Of a stretch of DNA of 64,000 nt, positions 48,750 through 58,268 are shown piece after piece. The position numbers and the translations under genes are program-made. Positions within the stretch are counted from its first letter, which is position 1, and the number at the start of each line of letters is the position of its first letter. The notes beneath the pieces were generated by a model. It made no database searches, had not been told where the DNA came from, and worked only from the letters and a program-made list of their open reading frames with translations. This DNA comes from Candidatus Poribacteria bacterium (GTDB taxonomy: Bacteria > Poribacteria > WGA-4E > PCPOR2b): contig OZ242326.1 of the NCBI GenBank assembly GCA_965208325.1, positions 1-64,000 of the forward strand, read 5' to 3'.

Positions 48750-48923
48750 ATGGAAAATTGGATAATTCCCACAATCGCTGTGGTTATTTCCGTTGCTGGA
48801 CTTTGGTGGAAAATTACAACCAAAATGGCTACCAAGGCTGACATTACCGAGCTGAAAAATGACATCCGAGAGATTAGGCAAATGCTATTTAGCCATGTTA
48901 GCAATTCGCATATTCATGAGTAA
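48750..48923 (+). CDS. Small membrane-anchored coiled-coil protein (57 aa)
   Basis: WIIPTIAVVISVAGLWW, ATKADITELKNDIREIR, C-terminal SHVSNSHIH. Confidence 0.65.
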   Translation: MENWIIPTIAVVISVAGLWWKITTKMATKADITELKNDIREIRQMLFSHVSNSHIHE

Positions 48924-49208
48924 GGAGTCACCAAGCCCTAATATACGTGGACGATGGTAGTCGCGCCTTTAGCTCTACTCCACCACAGTAAGCCAATTGC
49001 ATCCCCTACCTCAGTGAAGGTCTTCTGCTAGGTTATTTTACGCAGCATCTAATCTAGCACCCTATTCCTCTACAGTAATTTCAAGAACGCCAGCCCTTCC
49101 GCATATTCACGGCACAAACTCGCAGGCCACCGAAATAGGCTGGCATCTCGACAATGGACCAGATTGCAACAATTGAACAAGACGCTTTCATTGTTTGTTT
49201 GAAAATCG

Positions 49209-51125
49209 TTACCCGTCCCGGCCCCATTTGGCTGAGTCTTCCAGTTCCCGCTTGGGCAGAATCACACGGTCGCCCGCCTTCAATCCGCTCTTGATGATGA
49301 TTTCGGTATCGTTCTGCATACCTGTCTGAATAGAAACTTTTTTGCCTTGTGATGCGTCCTTTTTGACGTCGCCGCCATCTTCATCAAGCAGAGCGAACTT
49401 TTCTTTAGAAATATCTACTTTCGCAGCAACACCGTCGAGAATCTCGCGGCCGTTTGCAAGAAGGGCGAAGGTATGCCGCCCAGGGCGCAAGCCGCGCTGT
49501 GAACTATCAATCGAAACTGTCAATTCACTGTCTTTCGTCCCGATAACACTCCCTTTGAAGATTTTTCCATTGGGGCTTTTGACCTCAATGGGTTGATTTG
49601 GCTTAAATGCTGCCCCATCATCGCCGACTTGCGCCGCGACTATCACGGACGTTTTTTCTTCGATGGCATCCCTCGGCAGCACCAAAACGTCATTCTCTTC
49701 ATAAGTGATGATATCTACATCAGCGCTCATGCCCGGGCGGAGTTCCGGAGGGGAACCAACAACTTTGACCATAACCTCAAAAGTAATGATATTGTCGCGT
49801 TCAACCCCGCTGGGCGCGATTTCTACGACGCGTCCCTCATAAATTTTGTTCTGATACGCATCGGCTTTTATTTCTGCCTTTTGGTTCAAACGAAGTCTTT
49901 CCATGTCGACCTCGTTGATGAAGGTCTTCACGACCATTTTCGACAAATCTCCGATCGTCATCACGGGTGGACTTTGCGCAAATGCCGATCTGCCCGACGT
50001 TACAATCTCTCCCTCTTCGACTTCCAGAAGCGTCACGGTGCCTGACATGGGCGCTCGAATCGTCGTCCATCCCAATCGTTCCTCTTGGTTTTTTAAGTTA
50101 CTTTCGCGCCGCAATAGATTTGCTTTTGCACTCTCTTTTGACTCCTCGACGACGTTCTTTTCCTCGTTTATAGTTCGTTGAATCTCGGTAAGCCGGGTTT
50201 GTGCAATTTTCAGATGGAGTGCGGCTTCTTCTTCTTCCGCCTTTCTCATCTCGCGCAGTTTGTCCAGATTTAGTTTCTGATACGTAAGTGTTGCGTTGCG
50301 GGTATCTATCGCCGTTTTTCTTGTGTCAATGGTCTTCCGTTGAGACTCCAGTGTTTCTTTTTGAGATGCCACGCGCTGAACTGCACTGTTATATTGTGAC
50401 AATGCACTGGCGCGCCTCGATTGCGCTTCTTCTAAAGATCTTTTGGAAACCAGTTTTTTCTCAAACAGTTCCTTGTTCCGTTTCAGTTCTGCCTCGGCAT
50501 TATCAAGTTCTACTTTCGCTGAATCGCGTGCTGTCTCAAGTTCCGAGAGCGTTAATTCCGCCTGATTGAGTCCAATTTTTGCTTGATCCAACGCGATCTC
50601 ATCCTGCACTAAGTCGTTTTTCGTCGTCTGGATTTGGGTTTCCGCTTGAATAATCTGCGTTAAGGATGCCGTTATGGTGGTATTTGAACTGGCTTCCGCA
50701 ATTTTGACATTGTCCTCCGCTTGCTGCTGTTGGCTGTGAAGCTCTTCTTTCTTTAGTACGATATTGAGTTCAGCTTGGTTTAACGCTGCCTCCGACGCAT
50801 CGACATCCGCTTTAGCCTGTCTCATTTGCTCTATGTACTGTTCCGGATCGATTTCTAGCAACACCTGACCCGCCTCGACAAAGTCCCCTTCATCAACATA
50901 AAGTTTAATAATCTCACCTTCAACGTTTGACTTTACTTCGACATCCACAAGCGGTTCCAAGTTGCCTGTCGCACTAATTCGCATCTGGAAATCCCCCTGT
51001 TTGACGATTTCAACTTTTTTATCCGGTTCAGTCGAATCCTCCCTACATGCTTTTATCCATCCGCACGAGGCGATGGATACTGCTAAAACCAGGATCGTAA
51101 CAACATTGATGACAACTTTCATCAT
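49209..51125 (-). CDS. MacA/HlyD-family periplasmic adaptor with very long alpha-hairpin
   Basis: ISATGNLEP, VEVKSNVEGEIIKLYVDEGDFV, TTIRAPMSGTV, LRPGMSA, SGLKAGDRV; about 260-aa coiled coil; possible lipobox IASC. Confidence 0.88.
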   Translation of the reverse strand: MMKVVINVVTILVLAVSIASCGWIKACREDSTEPDKKVEIVKQGDFQMRISATGNLEPLVDVEVKSNVEGEIIKLYVDEGDFVEAGQVLLEIDPEQYIEQMRQAKADVDASEAALNQAELNIVLKKEELHSQQQQAEDNVKIAEASSNTTITASLTQIIQAETQIQTTKNDLVQDEIALDQAKIGLNQAELTLSELETARDSAKVELDNAEAELKRNKELFEKKLVSKRSLEEAQSRRASALSQYNSAVQRVASQKETLESQRKTIDTRKTAIDTRNATLTYQKLNLDKLREMRKAEEEEAALHLKIAQTRLTEIQRTINEEKNVVEESKESAKANLLRRESNLKNQEERLGWTTIRAPMSGTVTLLEVEEGEIVTSGRSAFAQSPPVMTIGDLSKMVVKTFINEVDMERLRLNQKAEIKADAYQNKIYEGRVVEIAPSGVERDNIITFEVMVKVVGSPPELRPGMSADVDIITYEENDVLVLPRDAIEEKTSVIVAAQVGDDGAAFKPNQPIEVKSPNGKIFKGSVIGTKDSELTVSIDSSQRGLRPGRHTFALLANGREILDGVAAKVDISKEKFALLDEDGGDVKKDASQGKKVSIQTGMQNDTEIIIKSGLKAGDRVILPKRELEDSAKWGRDG

Positions 51126-51193
51126 AATTTGACGACTCCTCCATGCATTTTTCGTTCAATAATGCCCAATGCCTATTTCTATGAAAACTGCGC

Positions 51194-52498
51194 TTACTCC
51201 GACCGAATGGCTTCTACGGGCGTGAGTTTTGCGGCTTTGTTTGCCGGGTACAAACCGAAAAAAATGCCAACACCTATCGAAACGCTCAGAGCAACGACCA
51301 TAGCTCCGAACGACACTACTGAAGGCCAATCGCTCCCCGGCCATACGTATTTCGTGATGAGTATAGCAGTGCCCTGACCCATAAATACGCCGACAACCGC
51401 GCCCAAAATTCCTCCGGTTACGCTCAGCACAGCCGCTTCGATAAGAAACTGAGTTAATATATCTCGCCGCTTTGCACCGATAGCTTTCCGCAATCCGATT
51501 TCCTTTGTGCGTTCAGTGACGGAGACGAGCATGATGTTCATGATACCGATCCCGGCTACAAATAACGCGATGCCGGCAATGCCGCCCATTACGAATTTCA
51601 TCGTATTCCCAATCTTCTCGGCGGTTGCAAGCTCATCCCTTGCCGTCCAATATTGATATGCTTCTCCTGAACCGTGGTGCCTTCTCCCAAGAATTCTTTT
51701 TGATTCCTCCTTTGCAGTTTCGACCATATTCAGACTGGCAGCTTCTACCCGGATGCGCTCGATATGCTTTTTGCCCTTAAAGCGCTGTTGCAATGTGGTA
51801 ATCGGAATAATGAAGCGATCGTCCCAGCCTTGCGTATCCATTGCATCGCCTTTCTCTTCCATTACGCCAACCACGGTCAAGCGTACGTCGAAACGCGGAC
51901 CCCAACTTGATGCACGCGTCGCCTTAATCTCTTCGCCGATAGGGGAATTCTCATCGAACAGTTCTTCGTAGACCTTTGAACCGATGAGAGCAACAGTCCG
52001 CGCGGATTTGACATCTTCATCGGATAAAAAGCGGCCCATCTGAACATACCAGTTATGCAATCTATCGTATCCATCTGTGGTTGCCGTGACCTGGGACGGC
52101 TTGCTTCTGCCTTTATAATTCAAATTCCAATTGCCGTAATCATCTTCCGGGACGACGTGGTGGACACCTTGTGCATTTTCACGGATTGCTTGTGCATCAG
52201 AGGTTTCTAGATGTTCTGCGCGGTTCTTCCGCCAACGGCCGCGCCTTACCGTTTGACCCGCTGCACGGGTCAATGTGCCCGATTGCCGATCCCATTCGTC
52301 ACGGTATATCTCAATAACGTTCAAACCCCCGGTGCGCTCAATCTCTCTCAATACCATCGCACGCGAACCGTCCCCAATCGAAACCACGCTGACTACGGCG
52401 CCAACACCGATGACGATTCCCAAAATTGTTAGACTAGAGCGAAGTAGGTTCCGGCGTAAATTCGCAATGCCGAGGGCGATATACTCGACAAAAAACAT
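51194..52498 (-). CDS. MacB/FtsX-type ABC transporter permease (no ATPase domain)
   Basis: LRSSLTILGIVIGV, GIGIMNIMLVSVTERTKEIGLRKAIGA, FGLYPANKAAKLTPVEAIR. Confidence 0.93.
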   Translation of the reverse strand: MFFVEYIALGIANLRRNLLRSSLTILGIVIGVGAVVSVVSIGDGSRAMVLREIERTGGLNVIEIYRDEWDRQSGTLTRAAGQTVRRGRWRKNRAEHLETSDAQAIRENAQGVHHVVPEDDYGNWNLNYKGRSKPSQVTATTDGYDRLHNWYVQMGRFLSDEDVKSARTVALIGSKVYEELFDENSPIGEEIKATRASSWGPRFDVRLTVVGVMEEKGDAMDTQGWDDRFIIPITTLQQRFKGKKHIERIRVEAASLNMVETAKEESKRILGRRHHGSGEAYQYWTARDELATAEKIGNTMKFVMGGIAGIALFVAGIGIMNIMLVSVTERTKEIGLRKAIGAKRRDILTQFLIEAAVLSVTGGILGAVVGVFMGQGTAILITKYVWPGSDWPSVVSFGAMVVALSVSIGVGIFFGLYPANKAAKLTPVEAIRSE

Positions 52499-52567
52499 AT
52501 CCCTGTTCCTCCCAACAGGATTGGACCTTGACGATTGACATCGGTGATTCAATCGCCAACGTCACCA

Positions 52568-53869
52568 TTACTCTGTTCTCAACGCTTCAATGGGTGAAAG
52601 CCGCGCGGCTTTCACCGCGGGATACAGTCCAAAGGAGACACCGATTGCAGCCGAAAAAGCGACGGAAATAATCGCCCACTCCACAGTGATGAAAGACGGC
52701 CAATAATTAATGATTTTCACAATTTTAATTGCAATCTGTGCCATGCCGTATCCCGCAGCAGCGCCTAACGCGATACCTAGCAGACCGCCGACGCTGCACA
52801 TCACGACCGATTCCACAAGAAACTGCAATAGTATATCCTTGCGTTTTGCACCAAGCGCTTTTCGCAGGCCAATTTCTCGCGTGCGTTCGGTGACCGAGAC
52901 CAACATGATGTTCATGATTCCGATGCCGCCGACGAGGAGCGAAACACCCGCGATGATACCGAGCACTATCTTGATCGTACGGCTAATCGTAAACAACTGC
53001 TCCATGCCTTGCCGCATCTCCCACAAGTTAAAAAAATCATCCTGGTTACCGTGCCGCTTTCGTATTGTAGCCGTGACCTCGGCCTTGGCTCTCTCCAGCA
53101 ATTCAAGGGTTTTCGCTTGGACTGTTATCATTCGGACACGATCGTTTCCCGTAAACCGCTCCTGAACGGTCGTCAAAGGTAGCAGCACGCGGTCGTCCAA
53201 ATTCCATCCAAAGCGGAGACTTGTACCACGTGGTTCCATTACGCCCACAATGGTGAACCGTTCCATGCTTTTTTCTCGCTTTGGACGTTCGCGTCGCCAA
53301 CTGTTCTGGGATTCGCGCGCAATTTTAATTTCTTTGCCAATCGGATTCTGATTTCCGAACAGTTCATTTGCTACCTCTGATCCGAGGATACAGACTTTGC
53401 TCCGGGTCTGAACATCCTCATCCGAAATAAAACGTCCGCGTTTTAACTCCCAATTCATCCCGATTCGGTAGAATGGCGTGATACCTTCGTATCCGGTGCG
53501 TTTTTCCGCGCCGCCCTCAGCCTGCACCAAAACACCGCGCCAAACCGGTAAACGCGGGATTACGCCTTCAACGGAAGGGCAATCGGCCTCAATCGCTAGC
53601 ACATCATCATATTCAAAATACTCGTTGCTGCGGTTGGGTATCCAGCGGTCGCCTTTGCGAAGGTGGTCACTGCGGTACAAAGTAAATTGGTTGGCGCCGC
53701 CGAGTTTTTGGGCGTCCTGTAGCACTATAGTTTTCGCGCCATTGCCAATTCCAATCGTCGCTAGAACGGAAGCAACACCAATGATAATTCCCAGCATAGT
53801 TAAGAGCGAGCGCAAAGTGTTCGCGCGAATTGCCGCAAACCCAACCGAAATTCCTTCGCCAAATCTCAA
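52568..53869 (-). CDS. MacB/FtsX-type ABC transporter permease (no ATPase domain)
   Basis: LRSLLTMLGIIIGV, VGGIGIMNIMLVSVTERTREIGLRKALGA, FGLYPAVKAARLSPIEALR. Confidence 0.93.
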   Translation of the reverse strand: MRFGEGISVGFAAIRANTLRSLLTMLGIIIGVASVLATIGIGNGAKTIVLQDAQKLGGANQFTLYRSDHLRKGDRWIPNRSNEYFEYDDVLAIEADCPSVEGVIPRLPVWRGVLVQAEGGAEKRTGYEGITPFYRIGMNWELKRGRFISDEDVQTRSKVCILGSEVANELFGNQNPIGKEIKIARESQNSWRRERPKREKSMERFTIVGVMEPRGTSLRFGWNLDDRVLLPLTTVQERFTGNDRVRMITVQAKTLELLERAKAEVTATIRKRHGNQDDFFNLWEMRQGMEQLFTISRTIKIVLGIIAGVSLLVGGIGIMNIMLVSVTERTREIGLRKALGAKRKDILLQFLVESVVMCSVGGLLGIALGAAAGYGMAQIAIKIVKIINYWPSFITVEWAIISVAFSAAIGVSFGLYPAVKAARLSPIEALRTE

Positions 53870-54069
53870 ATGTATCCTCCCTACCCTTGTAATCTCGCAG
53901 ATTCCATCCGTATTTTGGACGATGCCGTTCGTAATTGGTTTATTAGTTCATGCGGTAGAATTTTGCCTTGACAACCCGAATCGGGTATTGATAATATATT
54001 AAGCAGTGTCCGGAATTTCTTGGGCTAGAGTTCCAAACCTATTCAACTGTAAGTGTGAGGTCGTTCAAT

Positions 54070-54411
54070 ATGTCAGTGGTTTATCTTGAGGATATAGAGG
54101 ATCTTGTCGGAAACAAATATTTAGCCGTAAACGTAGCAGCGCGGCGCGCGCGTCAACTCAATGAAAAAGGCATTCCAATTCTCAAATTCAACGTTCGGAA
54201 ACCGGCGTCGGTAGCGTTGCAAGCACTAGTTGAGGGTGAAATCGACTATCAGCAGGTAGATCAGTTCGAAGATACTTCTGAGGAATTTTCAATTTTCAAT
54301 CCCGTTACTGAAGAATCTGACGAAGATTCGGAAATTTTTGAACAAACATTTTCCAATGAAGTGCAAGATGAAAGTACGGAAGACGTTGAAGAACCTGAAG
54401 AAGGATTGTAA
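54070..54411 (+). CDS. rpoZ: RNA polymerase omega subunit with acidic C-terminal extension
   Basis: NKYLAVNVAARRARQL, KPASVALQAL.EG.I; TTGACA promoter element at 53968. Confidence 0.8.
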   Translation: MSVVYLEDIEDLVGNKYLAVNVAARRARQLNEKGIPILKFNVRKPASVALQALVEGEIDYQQVDQFEDTSEEFSIFNPVTEESDEDSEIFEQTFSNEVQDESTEDVEEPEEGL

Positions 54412-54430
54412 AAATTACACGCATGAATTT

Positions 54431-54459
54431 GCCGGCATTTAAAAGGAGATGCCGGTTTT
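54431..54459 (+). terminator. Probable intrinsic terminator after rpoZ
   Basis: GCCGGCAT/ATGCCGGT stem followed by Ts. Confidence 0.5.
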
Positions 54460-55095
54460 GTGGTTCATCTTGGACGTACAACGTTTGCCGTTGTTGTCCC
54501 GGCTATTAAGATATGCAAAGGCATGAATGTAGAATAGCCGCAAGCGAGTTTTAAAACTGTCCTTCCAAACATTGAATAGGCGGATAAAGAGGGGTTTCCG
54601 AAACTATCCGCAATTCTCTCTTCCCTTGAAGCGGCGAGTCTACAGAAATACGACGCATAAGTTTCTCACCCATACCGCATTACCGTTCAGTTAACCTCCA
54701 ATATACAGTATATTTTTTGAATCCAACATTAATTGGGTATTATCGCCCTGCGGCGCGCTGCTGCCTCCGCTCAAGCGCACGCAACGATAGGTTATCTGTT
54801 CCGGTACCCGATAGACTCCGCTGCCTTGCCCGTTATCATCTCTCAAACAACCCTGAAGGAATTTAAATCTCTCCCAAATTGCGGTGGTAAACTGCCAATG
54901 TGCATGTGCTATTGGAGTCTCCTCGCGGAATTCAATCGCATCACAGATGACCGTTATTTGCGCTCATAAATGATATCAGGGTTAATTGGGATTGTCAATG
55001 CTACGCGGGAGCGGTTGTCACCTTGGTGAAATCTTGGTATGCCGTGTTTTCTCTTGTAATTTTATGGCTGATTTGCTATAATAGCACGCATAATT

Positions 55096-56001
55096 ATGCG
55101 GCGTTTCCTGAAAGATTGCTGTTATGCATTTGCAGCGAGATGTATCAGCCAATGTATTGCCCCACTCCCCCGCCGGCTTGCGTTATCCCTTGGGACGGCT
55201 TTGGCAACCGCTGTTTTTTGGTTTTCGCGTTGCGAAAGGAACCGTACCTGTAGGCATCTTGTATCGCGCCTAGAACTTGATGGTCCGGTAGTTGTCCAGA
55301 GGCTTGCCCAACGTTGCTTTCAAAACATGGGGAAAAACGTGATGGAATTCATTCAGCTTCCACACATGCCCCCCCGGAAGATTCGCCAGATAGTTACGTT
55401 TGAAGGTAAGGCAAATATCGATCGGGCGCTCAATCGTGGCAACGGGGCAATTATTTTGACAGGGCACTTTGGCAATTGGGAACTGCTCGCAGCGGGTATT
55501 GCCGCGAATGGGTATCGGTTGAGTTCCATCGCTCGCCAGTTGCGTTCTAAGCGCCTGGACACACTTGTTTCCGCTTATCGTGAAAAGTCGGGGTATGCTA
55601 GCATTGACCGGGATAACGGCATCCGCCCAGCACTACGTTGCTTGAAACGAAATGAGTTGCTTGGCATCGTGGCAGATGTTGATACGCGTACAGATGGTGT
55701 CTATGTCGATTTTCTTGGGCGGCCCGCTTATACCCCCTATAGTCCAGTGGCAATCGCGCTCAAGACAGGCGCAGCGATATTGCCGACGTTTATTATTCGT
55801 CAACCGGATGAATCGCACCGCGCTATTGTTGAACCGCCGTTAGCTCTAAAACAGAGCGGAGACCGTGAGCGTGATTACATCTTCAATACCCAAAAGTTTA
55901 CGAACGTGATTGAGTCTTATGTTCGGCGATTTCCCGAACAATGGATTTGGATGCATGAACGCTGGAGAACACAGCCCCATATAAAACCTGATGACAAGTA
56001 A
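55096..56001 (+). CDS. LpxL/HtrB-family lipid A acyltransferase
   Basis: GHFGNWE, VDFLGRPAYT, PEQWIWMHERW. Confidence 0.9.
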   Translation: MRRFLKDCCYAFAARCISQCIAPLPRRLALSLGTALATAVFWFSRCERNRTCRHLVSRLELDGPVVVQRLAQRCFQNMGKNVMEFIQLPHMPPRKIRQIVTFEGKANIDRALNRGNGAIILTGHFGNWELLAAGIAANGYRLSSIARQLRSKRLDTLVSAYREKSGYASIDRDNGIRPALRCLKRNELLGIVADVDTRTDGVYVDFLGRPAYTPYSPVAIALKTGAAILPTFIIRQPDESHRAIVEPPLALKQSGDRERDYIFNTQKFTNVIESYVRRFPEQWIWMHERWRTQPHIKPDDK

Positions 56002-56602
56002 ACTTTATATGAAATTTCGCCGACTTTCCTTGGCCGTCTGCCTAATATGTCTCGCTTCCAGTTGTGATAGAGGGCAGGATGAGCCAACACAGACCAACGA
56101 CGAAAATCCTGAACAAATTTTACAACAGTTTTCAACTAAGCATACAGAGTCCGGTGTGACAAAATGGACATTGATAGCCGATTCGGGGGAGTTCATGGAA
56201 TCGGTAGTGTACGTGCAGAACCCAACGGTTCAAATCTTTGAGGACGGTCAAGTCACACTCACAGTGACCGGAGACCGCGGTGAAATTATTGAGTCAAACA
56301 ATAATCTCAAAATCTTTGATAATGTTGTCGGGATTAGCCAAAATGGGATATTGTACACCGACGAACTTCATTGGCACAACCGGAGTGGCAAATTATTCGC
56401 CCCGAACGAATCAGAGATTGTTCGCGGTGATTCAACAATGGTTGGTCAAGAGATGGAAAGCCGCCCATCGCTTGAAGTTGTCACGATGAATCTCGTTCGG
56501 TTTAATTTTTACTCTAGAGATGAGAAGATAGATGCAACGGAACCCGTTGTAGAAAATGACATTTCGCATAACAAAGGAATCACAAATGCAGGAACACGCT
56601 GA
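55991..56602 (+). CDS. lptC: LPS export protein LptC
   Basis: N-terminal anchor, WTLIADS, LYTDELHW beta-jellyroll; synteny with lptA/lptB. Confidence 0.8.
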   Translation: MTSKLYMKFRRLSLAVCLICLASSCDRGQDEPTQTNDENPEQILQQFSTKHTESGVTKWTLIADSGEFMESVVYVQNPTVQIFEDGQVTLTVTGDRGEIIESNNNLKIFDNVVGISQNGILYTDELHWHNRSGKLFAPNESEIVRGDSTMVGQEMESRPSLEVVTMNLVRFNFYSRDEKIDATEPVVENDISHNKGITNAGTR

Positions 56603-57470
56603 TTCGAGGCAAGATAACCGTCTGATTTCGTTTGGCTGCGCAGCCGCAATAACGCGGCTGATGATTTCAATATGTTTTTTATCCTTCATACCGTATTCAA
56701 CTGATGCCGCTGTTGAAAATGTTACTGCACAGAAGCCAGTCGAAACGAGTCAGGCTAGCGCGGATGAAGATGAGGATTTCCTCATTTGTAAACATGCGGA
56801 TCAGCTCTATCAGGATGACAAAAAAGGGTTTACAGTCTTGACGGGCAATGTTGAGCTTGAGATGTCCAACGGATTCCTGAACGCCGATAAGGTTACTCTC
56901 TATAGAAATGTTGAGACTGATAAATTAACTGAAACCATCGCTGAAGGCAATGTTCAGATGAAAGAAGGTCAGGCTATAGCGTCCAGCGATCGCGCGGTTT
57001 TGAACCACATAGACGACATTGTGAATCTCCACGATAACGTCGTCGTTATCCAAGAAGAAGATCGGTTGGAGGCGGCGAATATGATCTTTAACCGGCGGAC
57101 GGGCGTGCAAACAGCAGAGGGGAAGCCGGTAAAAATCACACGTCCCGATGGTTTTCTGAATGGGAACAGAGTGGAGATTTACAAGAATCTCGAGACGGAT
57201 GAAATCACCAAAATCATTGCCCAAGAACTGGTAGAAATGCGCGATGAGGACATTTTTGCGACGAGCGATTACGCCGATTTGAATCAGGTGGATGACACTG
57301 TAGATTTGCGCGAAAACGTCGTAGTTATACAGGAGGAAGATCGATTGGAAGCTAAATCCTTTACCTATAATCGGCGGACTGGCAAACGTGTCGGCAAAGG
57401 AAGCGTTAAATTCCGGGTTCGAATTAGCCAGAAAAATGAGGATGAGCAAGAATCAAACAACGAGCAGTAA
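56586..57470 (+). CDS. lptA: LptA/OstA-family protein with internally duplicated jellyroll
   Basis: Two 93-aa repeats GFLN..V..Y.N.ETD...IA...V.M....NVVVIQEEDRLEA....NRRTG; lies between lptC and lptB. Confidence 0.75.
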   Translation: MQEHADSRQDNRLISFGCAAAITRLMISICFLSFIPYSTDAAVENVTAQKPVETSQASADEDEDFLICKHADQLYQDDKKGFTVLTGNVELEMSNGFLNADKVTLYRNVETDKLTETIAEGNVQMKEGQAIASSDRAVLNHIDDIVNLHDNVVVIQEEDRLEAANMIFNRRTGVQTAEGKPVKITRPDGFLNGNRVEIYKNLETDEITKIIAQELVEMRDEDIFATSDYADLNQVDDTVDLRENVVVIQEEDRLEAKSFTYNRRTGKRVGKGSVKFRVRISQKNEDEQESNNEQ

Positions 57471-57490
57471 ACCGTTGAGGCAAGCAAAGC

Positions 57491-58231
57491 GTGTCGATTA
57501 AACTTCAAACCCACGGACTTGTTAAGAGATATTCGCGGCGCGGCCCCATTGTTGTCAATCAAGTAAGTATTGAAGTAGCAACCGGCAAAATAGTTGGGTT
57601 GCTCGGCCCAAATGGGGCTGGAAAATCAACCACATTTTACATGGTTGTTGGATTGATACACCCAAACGCCGGACGGATTACTTTTGATGAAAAGGACATC
57701 ACCCATGTACCCATGTACAAGCGGGCGCGCCTTGGAATAGGGTATCTCTCGCAAGAGACTTCAATATTTCGAAAACTGACCGTTGAACAGAACATCTTAG
57801 CAGTTCTCGAAGCGCTTGATATTCGCAAAGATGAGCGTAAACGAAGGTGCAATCAGCTCATGGAAGAACTCGGCATTTCCGAGTTGGCGAAGCGGAAAGC
57901 ATACACCCTGTCAGGGGGAGAATGTCGGCGCGCTGAAATTGCAAGGGCGTTAGCAGCTTCCCCATCATTTATTTTGTTGGATGAACCGTTTTCTGGAATT
58001 GATCCAATCGCCGTTCAGGACATCAAAGAACTAATTACACACCTACGCGACCGGAATATCGGAGTGTTAATAACAGATCACAATGCAGCAGAAACACTTG
58101 GGATTGTCGATCTCGCTTATTTGATTACGGGCGGAAAAATTACGCTCAGCGGTACGCCTGAAACATTGCTCGAAAGCGAAATTGCCAGAGAACGGTACTT
58201 TGGTCATAGTTTTGAGTTGTATAGATTATAG
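57491..58231 (+). CDS. lptB: LPS export ABC ATPase LptB
   Basis: GPNGAGKSTTFYM, RARLGIGYLSQE, LSGGE, DEPFSGIDP, LITDHN. Confidence 0.95.
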   Translation: MSIKLQTHGLVKRYSRRGPIVVNQVSIEVATGKIVGLLGPNGAGKSTTFYMVVGLIHPNAGRITFDEKDITHVPMYKRARLGIGYLSQETSIFRKLTVEQNILAVLEALDIRKDERKRRCNQLMEELGISELAKRKAYTLSGGECRRAEIARALAASPSFILLDEPFSGIDPIAVQDIKELITHLRDRNIGVLITDHNAAETLGIVDLAYLITGGKITLSGTPETLLESEIARERYFGHSFELYRL

Positions 58232-58268
58232 ATTAAGTCTAGGTGTCGAGTGATAGAGGAGCCGTGCG

